The translations under genes were made by a program, and so were the position numbers. Below are positions 25,201 through 40,071 of a DNA stretch of 62,881 nt, piece after piece; the stretch's first letter is position 1; each line of letters opens with the position of its first letter. A model generated the notes under the pieces. It did not search any database and had not been told where the DNA came from. It saw only the letters and a list, made by a program, of their open reading frames with translations. The stretch comes from Seison nebaliae. Its lineage: Eukaryota. The stretch covers positions 1 through 62,881 of the forward strand of contig JALJEE010001958.1 of NCBI GenBank assembly GCA_023231475.1. Reading direction: 5' to 3'.

Positions 25201-26495
25201 TTAAACGAACCGCACAATATGCAGGAAATGTAAATGAATATCGGTATGAAACGTATAAAATATCCGATTAACTGAATAAGGTTACTGACACCATGTAATC
25301 GTAAATAATTACTTAATCCACTCTCCTTTTCACTCACAATATAACGGGCAACTGCGACGACAGAGAACGTGTAACATGCGACGATAAGAATTGGTAAATG
25401 TTCGTTGAAGATATGAACAAAATCATCATCTACAAAGTTGGGATGTGCAAACTTTTTGATAAAGATATTCGTCATCAATTTTTCTCCCGTTTGATCTTCA
25501 ATAATTTTCTCATTTATTATACTCTGTAACGTCAGTAAACCTTCATCATAATAATATGGTGGTCCTCCTCGTGAACCTCCATGTATCCGATTAGTTGTAT
25601 CGGAGAATGGAGGGAAACGATAATCCGCTGACCATATTGTGTCGAACGTTCTCAATTGATGATGTGGACGGAAAGTGTATGATACATTATATGTACTGTT
25701 TACATAATCGGGTGGTGGGACTTGAAAGACGATTCCCAACAGATAACCAGTGGCCGCTTTCTTAAAAGAATTTAAACTAAGATCCGTATTGATAGCAGAT
25801 ATTGGAAGATGTTCATTTATTTTTTTTATCAGATGTTCTTCACTATCAGCATATTCAACGCTAAATATATGTTTTACATCAGTACTGTAATAAACTTTCT
25901 TTAATAGCTCACGATCCAATTTAGCATAACGAAGTTTCTCTACTAACAGTTTTATCTGCTCTATAATTAATTCCTTATTGAAAACTTGATCTTTTGATAA
26001 CGTCTTCGTCACTTTGTCCATAATACGAATGACACCACGTGTTTTCGGAAATACCACGAGAATCCAATTGGTCAAAAGGAGCGATGTAAAAATTGGCAAA
26101 TGTTTCATATGAGTCATTAATTGTTTCATTGCCGGTTTTCCTTTTTCGTCAAGTTGTTTCGCTATATCTGAAAATTCGGTAGTCCAATTGACATTATTTT
26201 TCAAATCGTTCATGATTCCCAATGTTTGTATATACTCCAAATAAACCATACCGGCAGCTTGAGGATTGGGCTTGATATATGGATTGAATTCCTTTACATC
26301 GATCGGTCGATAGTACATGTCTCGTCTTCTGATGAAACAATCGCTTACGAATCGAATGAACACAAAAATGAAAATAAATATAAGCGGAATACACAGCTCA
26401 ACCATTACCGAAAATGGCGAGCGAATCATCGTCTTGAAGTTCTTCACTGTGATTAATAAGCATCTTTGTAGAAAAGGATTTGCAGAACGAACCAT
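19240..26495 (-). CDS. ABCA: Full-length ABC transporter, subfamily A (ABCA3-like), 10 exons
   Basis: TMD-NBD-TMD-NBD layout. NBD1 has [27 protein letters not shown] and [11 protein letters not shown]2 has [27 protein letters not shown] and [12 protein letters not shown]. Nine introns restore the frame (e.g. 24303-24457, 20300-20355). ATG at 26495. Confidence 0.93.
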
Positions 26496-28031
26496 GAATA
26501 TTGAATGATTAAACCAATTCAACAAAAAAAACTAATTGAATTTAGAGATCGAATGACTAAAAAACAAGTAGAATTCAATTATATTCCTAATAAGCGATTC
26601 AATTCAATTTTCCTTAAATTTTTTTACTTTCAAATATATTTCAAAAATAATATTCGCCTCACATCAGTCAAATAAGCAAATAACAATAATAATGGATATT
26701 TGACATTCCTCCTCTCAAATTTATCATTCTAATTATTCGACTCATTATCTTTTGATTTCCATTAATAAATTCTCCCAGATTAATGTCGTATGTCCGCGGG
26801 CGTCTTCCTAAAAAACGATGTCCAAATAATTGTTCCTTTCACAATACACGAGATTATTGGTTCATAATTGATTATGGAAATGTTTCTCCATTCAAATTGT
26901 CCAATTAAATATATTATTACATTATTCATGTCATATATGTCATATACTAATTCCATTAGATTTATATGGAATGCGATTCGTTCCTAATCATCGTCATTTT
27001 TTTCTTTACCAATTTAGTGGCCTCTCATCCATCTCCCCGAAGGTCTCTTACAAGTTGTTATTAGTCTAATGGGACAGTTTGCAATTTGCAATATCGACAT
27101 TTACTCGGTCATTTTCTTATCTATACTAACTATCTTATAGCTAAAATCACGACCACATATAAAAGTGGTGAATAATAATTCTCTATCAGCATATTCTCAA
27201 TTCTAATTCTAACAAAATTTAAAATTAGTAAGTAAAAATTATAATTGTTGAGTAAATTTTAACAGTAAAATAAGTGAGAAAGTGATAAATTCTATGGAGG
27301 AAATCGGAAATAAATTTCCCAAGCAATGAAATTGTTAGGAATATGTGAATGACTAATGAATCATGTTGGGGAACGACTCTTCCCGATAATCGAAATAACA
27401 TAAATTATTTAACGACTATGGTCCATCAATGTGTTAGATTGTTTTCCTTATCATAACTAAAAATGTTAGATATCTGCCTGTTTCTGATGTGTCTCATTTA
27501 TTAATCGGATTGAATACTGTCTGTCCAATTATTTATTCTAGGAACATCTCTGACAAATCCTTCTTTCTAGAAATATGGAATTTTCCTATGCCAAAGATTG
27601 TTTAGTCAGATTGTACTTTCATATAATTTATGAATTAGTTTCAAATAATACATACTAGATTCTAATAAAATTAAAAAACTGACGATTATTATTTTGAAAG
27701 GAGGATCATTTATATGATAAGGAAATGGATATCAATTACATAATTACAACTTTCTTTCAAACTAATCAAAGAAAAATATTTTTTGAAAATCTAAAAAAAT
27801 TAATTTTCCAATTTTAGATATTATGATAAGACAGACTGATAAGACAAAAGAAGAAGTAACAATGTCAATTAACGAGCATTTGAAAACATTAGTGAAGATT
27901 AAATTTTATTACAATGTAATGTTAGAAAAGTTAAAAACAAAAAGTGTTTTAAGACTTGTGAATATCAATAATGAAAAAAAGATATTTAACATATCATCAT
28001 AATGGATGTGTAAAATGTTTTGTCCTCTTTT

Positions 28032-29576
28032 TTAATCTTCACTTATACCTATTCCCATATAAGTATAAATAGAATCGACAGCTTTACTGAATAATGTTGA
28101 TCTTTTTCCCGTTGCAGTACTTGGTGTCCGAACGATTTTATTTGCTGGTCTGTTACAAGAAATGGGAACTTTCCTTTGTGGTAACCGATGAGAATAAGCA
28201 CGTTTCACCAAATTGACTTTTGGAGCACATGATACCGAATTATCTATTAGGCCATTTTCCGATAAGATATTACCTAAATTGTACATGAAATCATAAAATT
28301 AAAAAAATTATAAACCTTTCCTCTCAAGATGTTCTCTGATTGAAGATAATTCTGTTTTTTTCACTCCAATCATCATTCCTTTGAAAACTTCTTTGCCATT
28401 CATCGATAAAGCACGATTGACTTGGTTTGCATTGGCATATTTGAGATAAATATAATTCGTTCTAGGTTCATGAACTTCAGTGTTATGATGATTAGAAAAA
28501 TTATGATTCTTATCTAAAATATTCTTTTGTAAATTGTTCGTTCTTGTGGGAATAATCGAATCGGCCACATCTCCACATGTCTGCATGTGATTCAATACAC
28601 GATTAGTTTCCGTCGTATCAAAACCGAATACCGTCACCCAAAGTTTAGTGACTTCCAAGTCTTCGTCAGAATTGAGTTTGACTGGCGTCACAGAATGTTC
28701 AGTTCGATCGATATTTTGAAGAGGATTTCGAGCGACAACTGAAGCGTATTTGGATTCGTAAGATTTCGAGCAATAAGTTCTCTCACTCCTCTTCAACATA
28801 CAAATACGATTCTCCTTATTTTCATTTTCTGATGTTTCTTCATCTTCCTTTTTAGCCTTAAATTTATTTAATGTGGAAGTTGCCACATTATCTTTGGCGA
28901 AAAAAGAAGGTTCCTCCATACTCGTACGATCAAATTGTTCCATCTGATTAGTTGAAACATCGAATGATAAAGTAGAGACATTAGTACAACTAAAAGTTTC
29001 TTTTTGATGTACGCCTTGAACGAATGAATCAAATTGATCATTATCTTTCTTTGATTCTATTTGTCGATTCTCTTCATCTTCCATATCAACCGCTTCAAAA
29101 TTTCTCATAAGATTAAGAGTATTCTTCGAATGATTTTGTAATCCACTTCGCTTTCTTAAAGAATTCATTGGCACATTACTAATTTTAGATGGATAAATAT
29201 GTGGAGCATTCTTGCCAGGAGTAATTGCATTTCTACCGAATGCATGCATCGTTTGTGTTCGTTGTACTGTACTTCTCTTCGGTCGACCAGCCATTATTTC
29301 AGCATTTTCATTTCCATTCGAATGAAAATTATTTCCCAATCCAAAATTTGTATTGTTCATACTATTATTATTGTTGTTGTTATTATTTGATGTGTGATTG
29401 GAATTGGAGATGTTTGAATTAAGAAAAAAATTTGGTAGATGTGCCCGAGTGGGAGGTGGTCGATGATTCTCATGATTAGTCGGTGTAACATCATTAAAAT
29501 ATGATGAGTCCTGATATCCGTATTCGGAATTTAAATTGTTGGAAACATCCTCGAACTGAACGATTGATTTTGGCAT
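28032..29576 (-). CDS. NUP35: Nucleoporin Nup35/Nup53, 2 exons
   Basis: MPPN-type RRM (WVTVFGF...CGDV...YIYLKY....V.RALSMNGK...GMMIGVK) and C-terminal amphipathic helix (LFSKAVDSIYTYMG). Intron 28274-28315. Confidence 0.85.
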
Positions 29577-30006
29577 GATATTTATTCCCGTTCTAATAAT
29601 GGTAATGTACAGATAGCGATATAAGCTTAAGTTCGGTTATGATATTGGTTGATTTAAAAAAAGAATCCTAATAAATCATTTTCAAACGGTCGGTTAATAA
29701 ATGGAGGACTTTTAAAATTAAGGTTTAATAAACTCATTAATTTGATTATTAATCATTCTAATTGACATCCAATAAAAAATGTATCTTAAATACTTTAAAA
29801 TGTTGCTTGGAAATTATAATAAAAAATTTTGAAATTTAAGTTTAATTCTAGAAATAAATTTTAATTATTTGTAATACTTTCCATTAGTATCTCACAAATA
29901 TTACACAAATACTAATTCGTCCATAAATTATTTTTAGTTAGAGGAAAGTTTACACATCCATTTCCCATAAATTTCTATAGAATTTACACTCGTCACTCAA
30001 CGAATT
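29577..30006. promoter_or_regulatory. Probable bidirectional promoter between NUP35 and alpha-SNAP
   Basis: Head-to-head start codons 430 bp apart, with ATTGG/CCAAT motifs present. Inferred from the arrangement only. Confidence 0.4.
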
Positions 30007-31301
30007 ATGACGAATAAAGCGGAGAAATTGATTGAAGAAGCTGAAAAGAAGTTGAAGCAATCTACCGGTTTGATGACTTCACTTTTCGGGTTTCTTCATT
30101 AAATTTTTATCTTCTCCTCCTAATCAATTTTTCTCCAAGTGACAAAACATCAAAAATTGAAGATGCTTCTGCTCTTTATGTACGAGCAGGAAATGCTTAC
30201 AAGATGGAAGGAGAATGGAATCGTTTATTTCTTTCATTTATCTTTCATAAATTCATTTAAAATAGATGCAGGAAATTGTTTTTTACAAGCGGCACAACTA
30301 CAAGTGAAACAAACGAACATGTATGATGCTGGTAATCAGTATGTAGAAGCTGGTAACTGTTATCGAAAGACGAATCCCATCGGTTCATATCACTTTTCTC
30401 ATCCATAATATCAATAAATTATTCATTCATTTCTCAGAGGCCACTAAAATGATAAAAGAAGCGATCGACATTTATACAGATATGGGTAAATTTTCTATAG
30501 CCGCCAAACATCATCAGACTTGTGGAGAAATGTTTGAAGAAGCGAATGATACTGATTCTGTTCATATTTTCATTTATCTTTAATATTTATCATTATCATC
30601 TTCTTCTTCTTCTTCTTCTTCTTTTTTTCAGGCGCTCACTTGTTACGAGAAAGCAGGACAATATTTCAAGGGAGAGAATCAAAACGCCCAAGCAAATAAA
30701 TGTTTCTTGAAAGTGGCGGACACGTCAGCATTTAATGGAAATTATTCAAGAGCCATTAAAATTTATGAGGATATTGCAATGGCTAGTATCGATAATCGTT
30801 TGTTACGATATGGTGCAAAAGATCATTTCTTTAAAGCTCTTATTTGTCATTTAAATACCGATGTTCTCAATTGTAAAGTTCTTTCTTTTCAATAATCTTC
30901 CCATAATAAACAATCTTCTCAATATTAGCAAGCAATGCAACGATATCAACAGATGTATTCACAGATCGTTGACACAAGAGAATGGAAATTATTAAAGGTT
31001 TCCATTGTCTCCTCTTAATATTATTCGATGATAATTTATAAATGAATAGAATTTAGTTGAAGCGGTAGAAAGTGATGACAGCGAAAAATTCAGTGTTGAA
31101 TTGAAGAGTTTTGATAAAATGTCTCGTTTAGATTCGTGGCAAACGAAACTCTTTTTATCAATAAAGAAACTGATGCCGTCGACAAATGGAGCAGAAGGTG
31201 GTGATCAATTATTTTCGTCGAACAAATCTTCTGAACAAAATTCACCAGCTCATCAACCAGCCCCACCAATGAAAGACGACAACACAATGGACTTGACTTA
31301 A
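30007..31301 (+). CDS. NAPA: Alpha-soluble NSF attachment protein, 7 exons
   Basis: [50 protein letters not shown] and [12 protein letters not shown]. Introns 30090-30139, 30223-30265, 30383-30437, 30560-30631, 30878-30928 and 30998-31049, all GTT-AG. Confidence 0.95.
30600..30622 (+). repeat. (CTT)n microsatellite in alpha-SNAP intron 4
   Basis: About 7 CTT units immediately before the acceptor. Confidence 0.8.
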
Positions 31302-32016
31302 AATCGAGAATTCCATCTTGTGAAAATTTGGAAAGTTTGTTGGCAGAAAACAAATATGATTTTAGCTTCTATTCTTGTCTGATATTTATTCATTGAGGAA
31401 TGTGATTTCTTACCTTAATTCGATTACTAATCTGGTCATTCTGTTTATATTTAAAGTATTTTTCGTAATTTTCGTGAAATCTTATTTTAAAGATTTAACA
31501 TTTTAACATTTTAATAATAATTTTTCCTCTTCTCGTTTCTGGTAGAGACGGAAGAAAATTTTGTGGTTTTTCTTTCAATTCAGTTGAGTTTCTTCATTTG
31601 AGAAATTGAAAAAGGACGGATGAAATTGATTGAACAAAAAATAAAAAGAATTAACGAAAGAAACAAATTGAATTAATTGTGAACATGTCAAATACTAAAA
31701 AGTGATGAAGAGAAAATTGAATTAAATTTACTTCATTTAAAATTCCCAAGAGGAGACGAAAGAGAGGAAGGGAGATGGAGAGTGCATTCTCATGTAAAAG
31801 GAAATAAACTTCGACCTCGACTGTAAAAAGAGAGAGGAATTTGAGTCTGGGGAAATGAACGGACGGATGATTTCTTATCCAAAAAGATTAGAAGAAAATG
31901 GAATTCAATAAAGTTTTCATTAACAAGTTGAATAGAGCACTCCTTAAGTGTGATGCGATGCGATGCTCATTTTGGTTTGTATAAAAAAACTGAAAAATAA
32001 TAAATAAAAGATTGGA

Positions 32017-33637
32017 TCACAAACGTTTCCCAATCGAATAAACGGTGAATCCAATCTTGGACAATTGCTCATGGTTCAGAATGATTCTCCCATCGAATAT
32101 ATATGCCGGTTTATTCATAACCGAATAGAGACGTTTATAGTCGATTTGAGTACAAAATTCTTCCCATTCCGTACAAACGACGATGGCGGATGCATTTATT
32201 GCATTCTCGTATAATTTCGACAAGTTCTTGATACATTTGATATTGAGATCAACGTTTGGATTAGAATCGCCACTTCCAGAAATTATGGAATTGGTGTCAT
32301 TCGAATTACCATCATTATGCTTCGTATTTCCATTAGAAAGGGATCGATACGTGTCCTGTCCAGTGTAAAGATTATTCATTCTTAACGTTTCTAAATCGAA
32401 ATGGATTTGAACGTTCGTCACCTTGAAATGATGAAAGAATGAAATTATTATGAAGATATAAAAGAGGAACTTGTGGATCATAAATCATCAATTCGGCTCC
32501 TTCTTCCAACAATCCGTTACAAATGTATTTGGAGGGTGTCTCTCGAGTATCACTCGTATTTTGTTTGAAAGCGAAACCTAAAATGATAAGTTTCTTTCCT
32601 TTCAAAGTATTGTTCAATTTCTCAATAATCAAATTAGTGAATCGTCTTTTCTGCCATTCATTCAACATATAAACATTATTCCAATATTCCGCTACTTCAT
32701 TCAAATTCAACGATTCAGCACAATAAACCAAAGAGAGTAAATCTTTCTGGAAACAACTCCCACCAAATCCACAACTTGCTGATAAGAATTTATTACCAAT
32801 TCTCGTATCCATACCAACGGCAGTTGAAACCTCATCTACGGCGGCACCAGTTGCTTCACAGATTGCTGATATACTGTTAATGGAAGAGATTCGTTGTGCC
32901 AATAATGCATTTGCTACTAGTTTAGCCAGTTCAGAACTGGAAGTATTCGTCAGAACGATATGGTCATCATTCACCCAATTATGGTAGACTTGCTTCAATC
33001 GATAAATGGCAGCAATTCCTCGATCAGTGTCAATCTGTCCTCCAATTAGAACTCGATCTGGACTTCGCAAATCTTGGATTGCTGTGCCCTCAGCCAAAAA
33101 TTCCGGATTAGAAAGAATCTCATGTTCCATGTGGACATTCAATGCATCGAACAACTTCTTGATACAAGTAGCCGAATTGACCGGTACGGTCGATTTCTCA
33201 ACAACAATTTTCGGCTTATCCGCATATTTCCCAATCATTCGAGCAGTCGATTCAACATATGATAAATCAGCAGCTCGTCCTCTACCTTTTCCCACGATCT
33301 TCGTCGGAGTGTTGACACTAATGAAAATTAATTCAGCTTCCTCAATTGAACTCTGAATGTTGGTTGTGAAAAACAAATTCTTATGTCGACATCGTTGAAC
33401 GATCTCTTTCAGATGCGGTTCATACATTGGCAATAAATTCGAATTCCATTGCGCTATTCTCGTATCATTAATATCGGCAACAATAACTTTGATGTGAGGA
33501 CATTTTTCGGCAATTACAGATGCTGTTGGCCCACCGACATACCCTGCACCTAGAAAGCATATCGTTTGAATTTGTTCAAAATATTGAGTAACATCTTGTT
33601 CCGATAAATTCTTCAACTTTTCTGTAATTTTTTTCAT
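32017..33637 (-). CDS. UGDH: UDP-glucose 6-dehydrogenase, 2 coding exons
   Basis: [26 protein letters not shown], catalytic [10 protein letters not shown] and FDGRIIL. Intron 32422-32470 joins YDPQ|VTNVQI. Confidence 0.97.
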
Positions 33638-36412
33638 TCGTTATCTTTTTCTAGAATTCTTTATTTTTTTTCTGTCCACCCTAGGAGACAAATGAATAGA
33701 TCACTAAAAATTGGAAACAATTCCGATTTGAGAGACTCTGTTGAAATGGTGATTGAAAATTAATTTTTGGTTCTAATAATAAAATGAAATTGGGAAGAGA
33801 TTGGAAGAGAAAATATTTGAATAAAGAAAGTTTCGAATGAAAACGTCAATCGGAGGTTAGAATGTTGACGTGGCACTATTTCTTTTGTTGATTTCTTTGG
33901 AATAAAAAAAAATATCTCAATCAAAGAAACTTTTCCTTTCTGTCCAATTATTTCAATTCTCTTAAACGTTTCTACTTTTCCTTCTATTTTCCTTTTTATG
34001 TAGAGTTCATGTGTGAACACCATCGATTGTCGTAAATCTACATGAGAATGAGTGAAGAATGAACCTCCAGTAAACACATCAATTAATTGATAATGGAATT
34101 AACATAGTCGATTTAATATGAAATCGATTCTTCTCCTTCACTTCCGCCCATCTATCTTCTCACATACGTTCCATGTGTTTGATTACGCGTTTCGATGTGT
34201 GAGGGAGGAAAGGTGAGATATTTCCCTACCGATTATTAAAACAAAGATGAAACTATTACTGCTTGGGATGGTATTGGAGAAGTTTTTTGTAGACATAAAT
34301 GTTTTTCCGCTAGAAGCCGAATGAAAGGAGAGGAGATAATGGGAGCAATTCTACTGATTATTTACAGAGTTATTAAGAATTCTTCTCAGATATTTACTAC
34401 AATTCTTCTCTGCGCTACAATCCTCCTTCTCGTAGAGAGACGCAAAGACAGACAATATTTATTTATTTCAAACGATTCCACTTATTGCCGGTTCTTAGAA
34501 CGAATATAGAATAGGAGGAATATAATTGGAATATTTCTTGATGAATCGTTCGAAATAATATAATAGTTGAATATTTCATTGTATTGTCAGGGTCGTTCAA
34601 CATTAAGTTGAGTTCGAGAAAGTGAACTTATTGGAAACGAGAATTATCTTTACTATATTTCACCCGTTGAACACTTAGCTTTTATCTCAACTCCATATTT
34701 TTACTTACAACCGTCTTATACGATTTTTTTCCTTCTCATACAGACATATATTCCATACTGTCAGTTCTCCATTTCGATCATACTGTTAGTAATACGTGTT
34801 TTCCTCCCGAACACATGATCAGTGTTGATAGCCAAAATGTTCCGCATACTTAACCGATGACAGATAAAATAAACTCCACTTAAATCACATTAATTACCTT
34901 TTTCTTCTATTTCTCATCGGTAACTATCATTTTATATTACATTCATCCAACAGATGTATTATGTTGAATGAGGAGTTGAAAGGAATGGAAATAATGATGA
35001 GGAAAATAAAATATTCGATTTCAATCCAGAGTAATATGAACAATAACAGTAAACTTATTACAGATGCTAAATCATCAGATGGAATGAAGTGATGAAAGTG
35101 TACAATTAATATTGGATAAATAGAGGAAGTGATTGTTGATGGAAAAACTTCCCGTGTGTACCATCAGTTGATTGGAAATGGAAGAAATATGAGATATAAC
35201 ACGATCCTATTAGGTGTCAAACAAATAATAATATTGAAATTTTGAATATTTCTCTGTGTTCGTCATGGACGGAGAGTAGATGAAGGAAAAGATGAGAAAT
35301 GGAGAATGAAATGGATAGTGTATGTGTTCGTTAGGAGAGGAATATAAATAGAATGGTGTTCATGTGAATTGCATTGTGTTCATTATGGTCAAATGCGTCT
35401 TACAGATTCCATCGTCCAAATAAAAGATGGCGTTGGTAATGACAATTATTCAAAGGTTACTATGGTGAAATGAGTAAAAATATTAATTACCAATAACCCT
35501 TATTTAGAAATGATGGTGAATGATGTTCAATCGAACCATAATTTTTCATTCATAGTTCAACTTCTTCTGCATATTTCTTTTTATTACACTATAATAATAT
35601 TTTGAGTGACAATAATAAATTTCACTCGAGGTATCTTGTTCAATTAAATGACGTATAATAGAAATATATAAAAATTATTTAAGTTTATTGTCTTAATAGT
35701 TGAGAGACTATTTACTCTCGGCTCATTCAACATATTTTCATTTCACTACTCAAATATCGTTTATATTCAATTCAGAACTATAAATTATAACTGCTTCAAT
35801 CTTCCATTTCATTGAGAGAAATGGAAACTACCATTCTTTTTATCAAACTTTCTCCTGCATAATTTATTCGATCAGTTAATTCTGAAATTCCATAAATTTC
35901 CATTCAATTACCATAATATAATTGTGAAATTTAATGATAAACCGATTCCAAAATATAAAATTCACATTCTTCCATTTAAAATTAGGGAGACAGATAAATA
36001 AGTATTTTTCAGTTTGGCTGTGGACGTCAAGAACAAATGTTGCTATATAATAAGGAATTATAAAAGAAATAGTAGAATTATATAGGAAATTATAGCATAA
36101 TTGGATTAAATATCTTTTCCACTGCCTATTCAATACATAATTTTGTATGTTATCTTGATAGATTGTAATTATATTTATATTATAGCGTGTATGAAATTGT
36201 GTCATGAAATATCCATCATATCAAACACATATTTGACTAATGAGCAATTGAAGAGAAGATGACGAGCTAAAAAACTAAAAATCTTTATCATTCTCTTACA
36301 AACATTCACTTCATCGAACGATATTTTTCCAGCGTTACTATGTTAACCGGTTGTTAATCAACTATTTTCTTTATTTCTTACTTCAAAACTTGTAATCTAT
36401 CGCTAGCCGATC

Positions 36413-39400
36413 ATGTTAACATGGAAGAAAAAGGGAAAAGAGAAAAAGAAGGAGGAAGTTACAGAAGTTGTCATGGATCCGTCAGCAGAAGTTTACTTAA
36501 TTCTCTTAAATAATTGTAAGTTGAAAACTATAAAATAAAATTGTTCGTGATAGATGCCGGAAGACGGTTATCAAGAGATTGGAATAAAGACGGAAGCTGA
36601 AATGGAGATCAGACTTCTTGAAGATCGGTTGAATCGGATAGTAATTGCACCTCCAATGAATCCACCGTTTACTTAAACATTTAAAATTGATATATAATTT
36701 ATTCGAAGATCTATAATTAAAGATCCACCAACCGAAGTAAGTGAACGTTATAAGACTAATACGCCAAAAGAAGAACTTGTTCATAAATATGTTGATAATT
36801 TCAAACAACAATACGAATTCCTTTATCCTGACCGGCGACCTCTACTTCTAACACCAGTGAATGAATGTGGAATTCCAGTTTTGAAATTTATTTAGAAAAA
36901 AATCACACTCACAATAAAATAATTTAGAAATTCGTCTCGTTAACCATAAAGGGAACTATAATGCCTTATATCGAATTGGAGAGTTGGTCGAATGCAGCAG
37001 CTTTTGTCGCCGATTTCCTCAACATGGAACCGTTGGAATGTGTTCACGACTTAGTTTCGATTCGTTACCATATCCATTTATAACTGATGATTATTTAAAT
37101 AGCCAAAGAAATTGTTTTCACCAACTTATATTATTAACGAACAAACTGGTAACTGTTTCGATTATTCCACGTTATTGGTGAGTATTCTAATTGCATTTGG
37201 ATATGACGCTTATGTGGTAAGTGGTTATGCATCGCGAGAGATTTGTAGTATGAATGGAACAAGGAGAATATACGAAGATTCGGATGATGAAATAATTGAA
37301 CCAGAACCAAAAGAAGTTAAGAAACCAGTGCCCAGATATTTGGTAAAGACGATGAAGAATTTCCAAAGTAAATTTTTAATAGAGGAACAGAAACGAGAAA
37401 AGAAGAGGAAGGAACAAGCCACATTACTTAAGCAACAGGAAGCAGATAGAATGCAAGAAGTTTAATCTCATCTTACCATTTGGGAAATTGACATTTGATT
37501 ATTAGTTGTCTGAAGCTCCAATACCAGATCCATTGAAAGGATTGAGAATTCATTCATGGGTAGTCGTTCTTCAAGGAAAGAGGGAAATTGGTGAAACTTT
37601 CTTCATTGAACCATTTACGGGAACCTCAAAAACGAAGGACGATTTAGAATATTATGGAATTGAATCGATTTGGAATGATCAAAATTATTGGATTAATATG
37701 CAGGATTGTACCGAAGGATGTTCTGTTAACCATTTTCATCTAAAAAGAGAAATTTAATAATTCTTCTTTAAGAATTTATCCTTTGATTTGTACGACGCTA
37801 CTAAATGGGAGTTTATGTTCCCTAGTGACCAACATAATCAATTAGCATTGCCCAGTGACGAAAAGAAGCCATTCGATAATCATGATGATGATGACGATGC
37901 AGATGATGATGCGGAAGTTTATTAAAACTTTTTATTTTCAATTATTAAATTATTCAGTTTTTGAGGAAAGAAAGAAAAAAAATTTCTTTACCCAACAGTT
38001 GGGTAGATCCATTGGTGATTACGAAAAAAAGTTATTTTAATATTATAATATTTATTTATAATATATATGTTACTCAGAGTTCGAAAGACGTTGTCCGATG
38101 GGTAAAAAGGTGGAAATTTACCGTCGAGTAAAAGTTGAGAAATACGCACCATTCCTGAAGAGAAATGGTTTGGTAAAACGAGTATTAAAATACAACGATC
38201 GAGAATGTTAATATCATTTGACAGTAATTTAATATGTTGATTTTATAGGTAATGAATTAATATATACGAAAGAAAAGTTTGAGAATCGTGCAGACAAAAT
38301 GTACAAGAAAGAAATAGACGAAAAAACCGGCGACGTTACTGATCATTTCTCCCCAGGTCGACCAAAAAGACTAAAAAGTTTCGGAAATTGTAAATTCAAT
38401 TAAATTTGTATTTGTACATTTTGAAGAACATAAATATAATTTATCTCATCCTGGACCGGAGAATGATCGACATATGTGGTTCTATTCGAATGCACGATTG
38501 GATGGTTTAAAAGAGAGAGTTGAAACTCCGACAACTCTTGTTGAAACTTATGAGGAGCGACCTGATTTTCTAATCGAACGAAATATAACGTTTGACAAAC
38601 GACAGAAGAAGTTCGGTCCTCAAGAAAAAGGATTATCACGTCCAATCCTTGTTTATTTTTTCTTTCATTAATTTATTCTCATTTTCTATCAAATATCAGA
38701 AAATTATCGAGACGTATGATCGATGTCTTGATTATGAAGCCAACTTAGATTTGAAGGAAGCCGTCTTCAATATAAAACGAGGAAAAATTGAATTAACATA
38801 TCATCGAGATGAGAATTTTATATCGTCATCCAAACGGACATTCATCAAAGCTGATGATAATAATGGTAAAATAACATTCAACGATTGGTCTTCAGATTAT
38901 TGTACTCATTATCAAGCCGATTCATTTATTCCTCCTCCGAAAGATTATGAGTTGTATGAGATGTATATGCAAAGTTTAGAGAAGGAAGAAGAAGCGATTA
39001 AAGTTGCTCGTCGTATCGAAGATGAAATCCGTTCCATCTTAAATGAGAGAACATTGGAAGAAGCAGCCGCCGAATTACATGTGTCCATTTATGATACTGA
39101 ACGAAATGAGAAAGCGAAGAAATTCCGAGAAGAATTGGTATATATTCTTTATTGATCATTTAATAACGTTCGTTTTAGGCTCGTCGAGAAACTGAAGAGA
39201 GGAAACGTCGAGAAATCGTCCAAACCGATTATTTGGCACCATTCCTCGCTCAATTTGGTAATCCGGATAAGATTGATAGGAAATTGGCATTCGACTTGAA
39301 GGAGAGATGTCTAGCTGACTTGAAGAAACGATTGATCGACAAAGCGAATTTAATGCAGAAACGGTATGAAGAAGTTAGTATTTGAAATGATACGATAGAA

Positions 39401-39644
39401 TGATGATAAAATGTTATAGGTCACTCTCGAATTACAACAACGTCAAGCGAACTATCAACAGACGCAATTGACTATGACGAAAGAAGAAGAAGAAGCATAT
39501 ATGAATTATTGTCAACAAACTATGTTCCAAATAAACATATTAGAATTACGACTAGCACGTCATAAGGAAATGGCTCCATACGAATATATGCGATTGGATC
39601 AAGTACTTCGAAAAGATACGAGATTAAGTCAGTTTTTCAATTGA
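36413..39644 (+). CDS. DRC7: Dynein regulatory complex subunit 7 (CCDC135), 14 exons
   Basis: YPDRRPLLLTPVNECGIPKFVS, GNCFDYSTLLVSILIAFGYDAYVVSGYA, LRIHSWVVV, GIESIWNDQNYWINMQ and DYLAPFL. Thirteen short introns restore the frame. Confidence 0.93.
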
Positions 39645-40071
39645 TATCGATTGAAAAAAACGAATTTTATTGTTATTGTCAGGAAGGAGAAGATTTTGAA
39701 GAATAAAACTTTTTCAAATTTGATTTTATTTGTTTTCATATTCTGCTATTTGTCTAGTCAAAAGAGTGATAAATGGTCGTTAGTGTTATTGTGAAATATA
39801 TTAATCAGATTTGAAAGAGAAGTATCACTTAAATTTGAATTTGAAGGAAGAATTCACAAAATAAAAAGGAGGAAAAAGAAGAAATACGGTTTTAAACTTA
39901 ATATCGAGAACTTTTTCATGAACATCGGTTTGGGAAGTGAAAAGAATGAAAATAATTCGAATATAAAAAGAGTTTATTCCAAGTAAAATATTAGGAAATG
40001 ATACAAGATGATGTAATAATAATTTTTTGTTTATTAATATTTATAATTTCCTCAACAACATTCTTTCAATA

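Noticed and set aside
34847..34857. ATACTTAACCG looks like a variant U1 snRNA 5' end able to pair with GTT donors
   Set aside because: Not followed by U1 stem-loops (no GATCACGAAG or ATTGCAC loop, no Sm-site context).
35266..35287. TGGACGGAGAgtagatgaagg resembles mature miR-184
   Set aside because: No complementary 5' arm at pre-miRNA spacing. A 10-nt match is plausible by chance given the number of miRNA families considered.
4659..39644. Fragmented ORFs suggesting pseudogenes, frameshifts or an alternative genetic code
   Set aside because: Short GT-AG introns restore intact frames, and TAA/TGA act as normal terminal stops.
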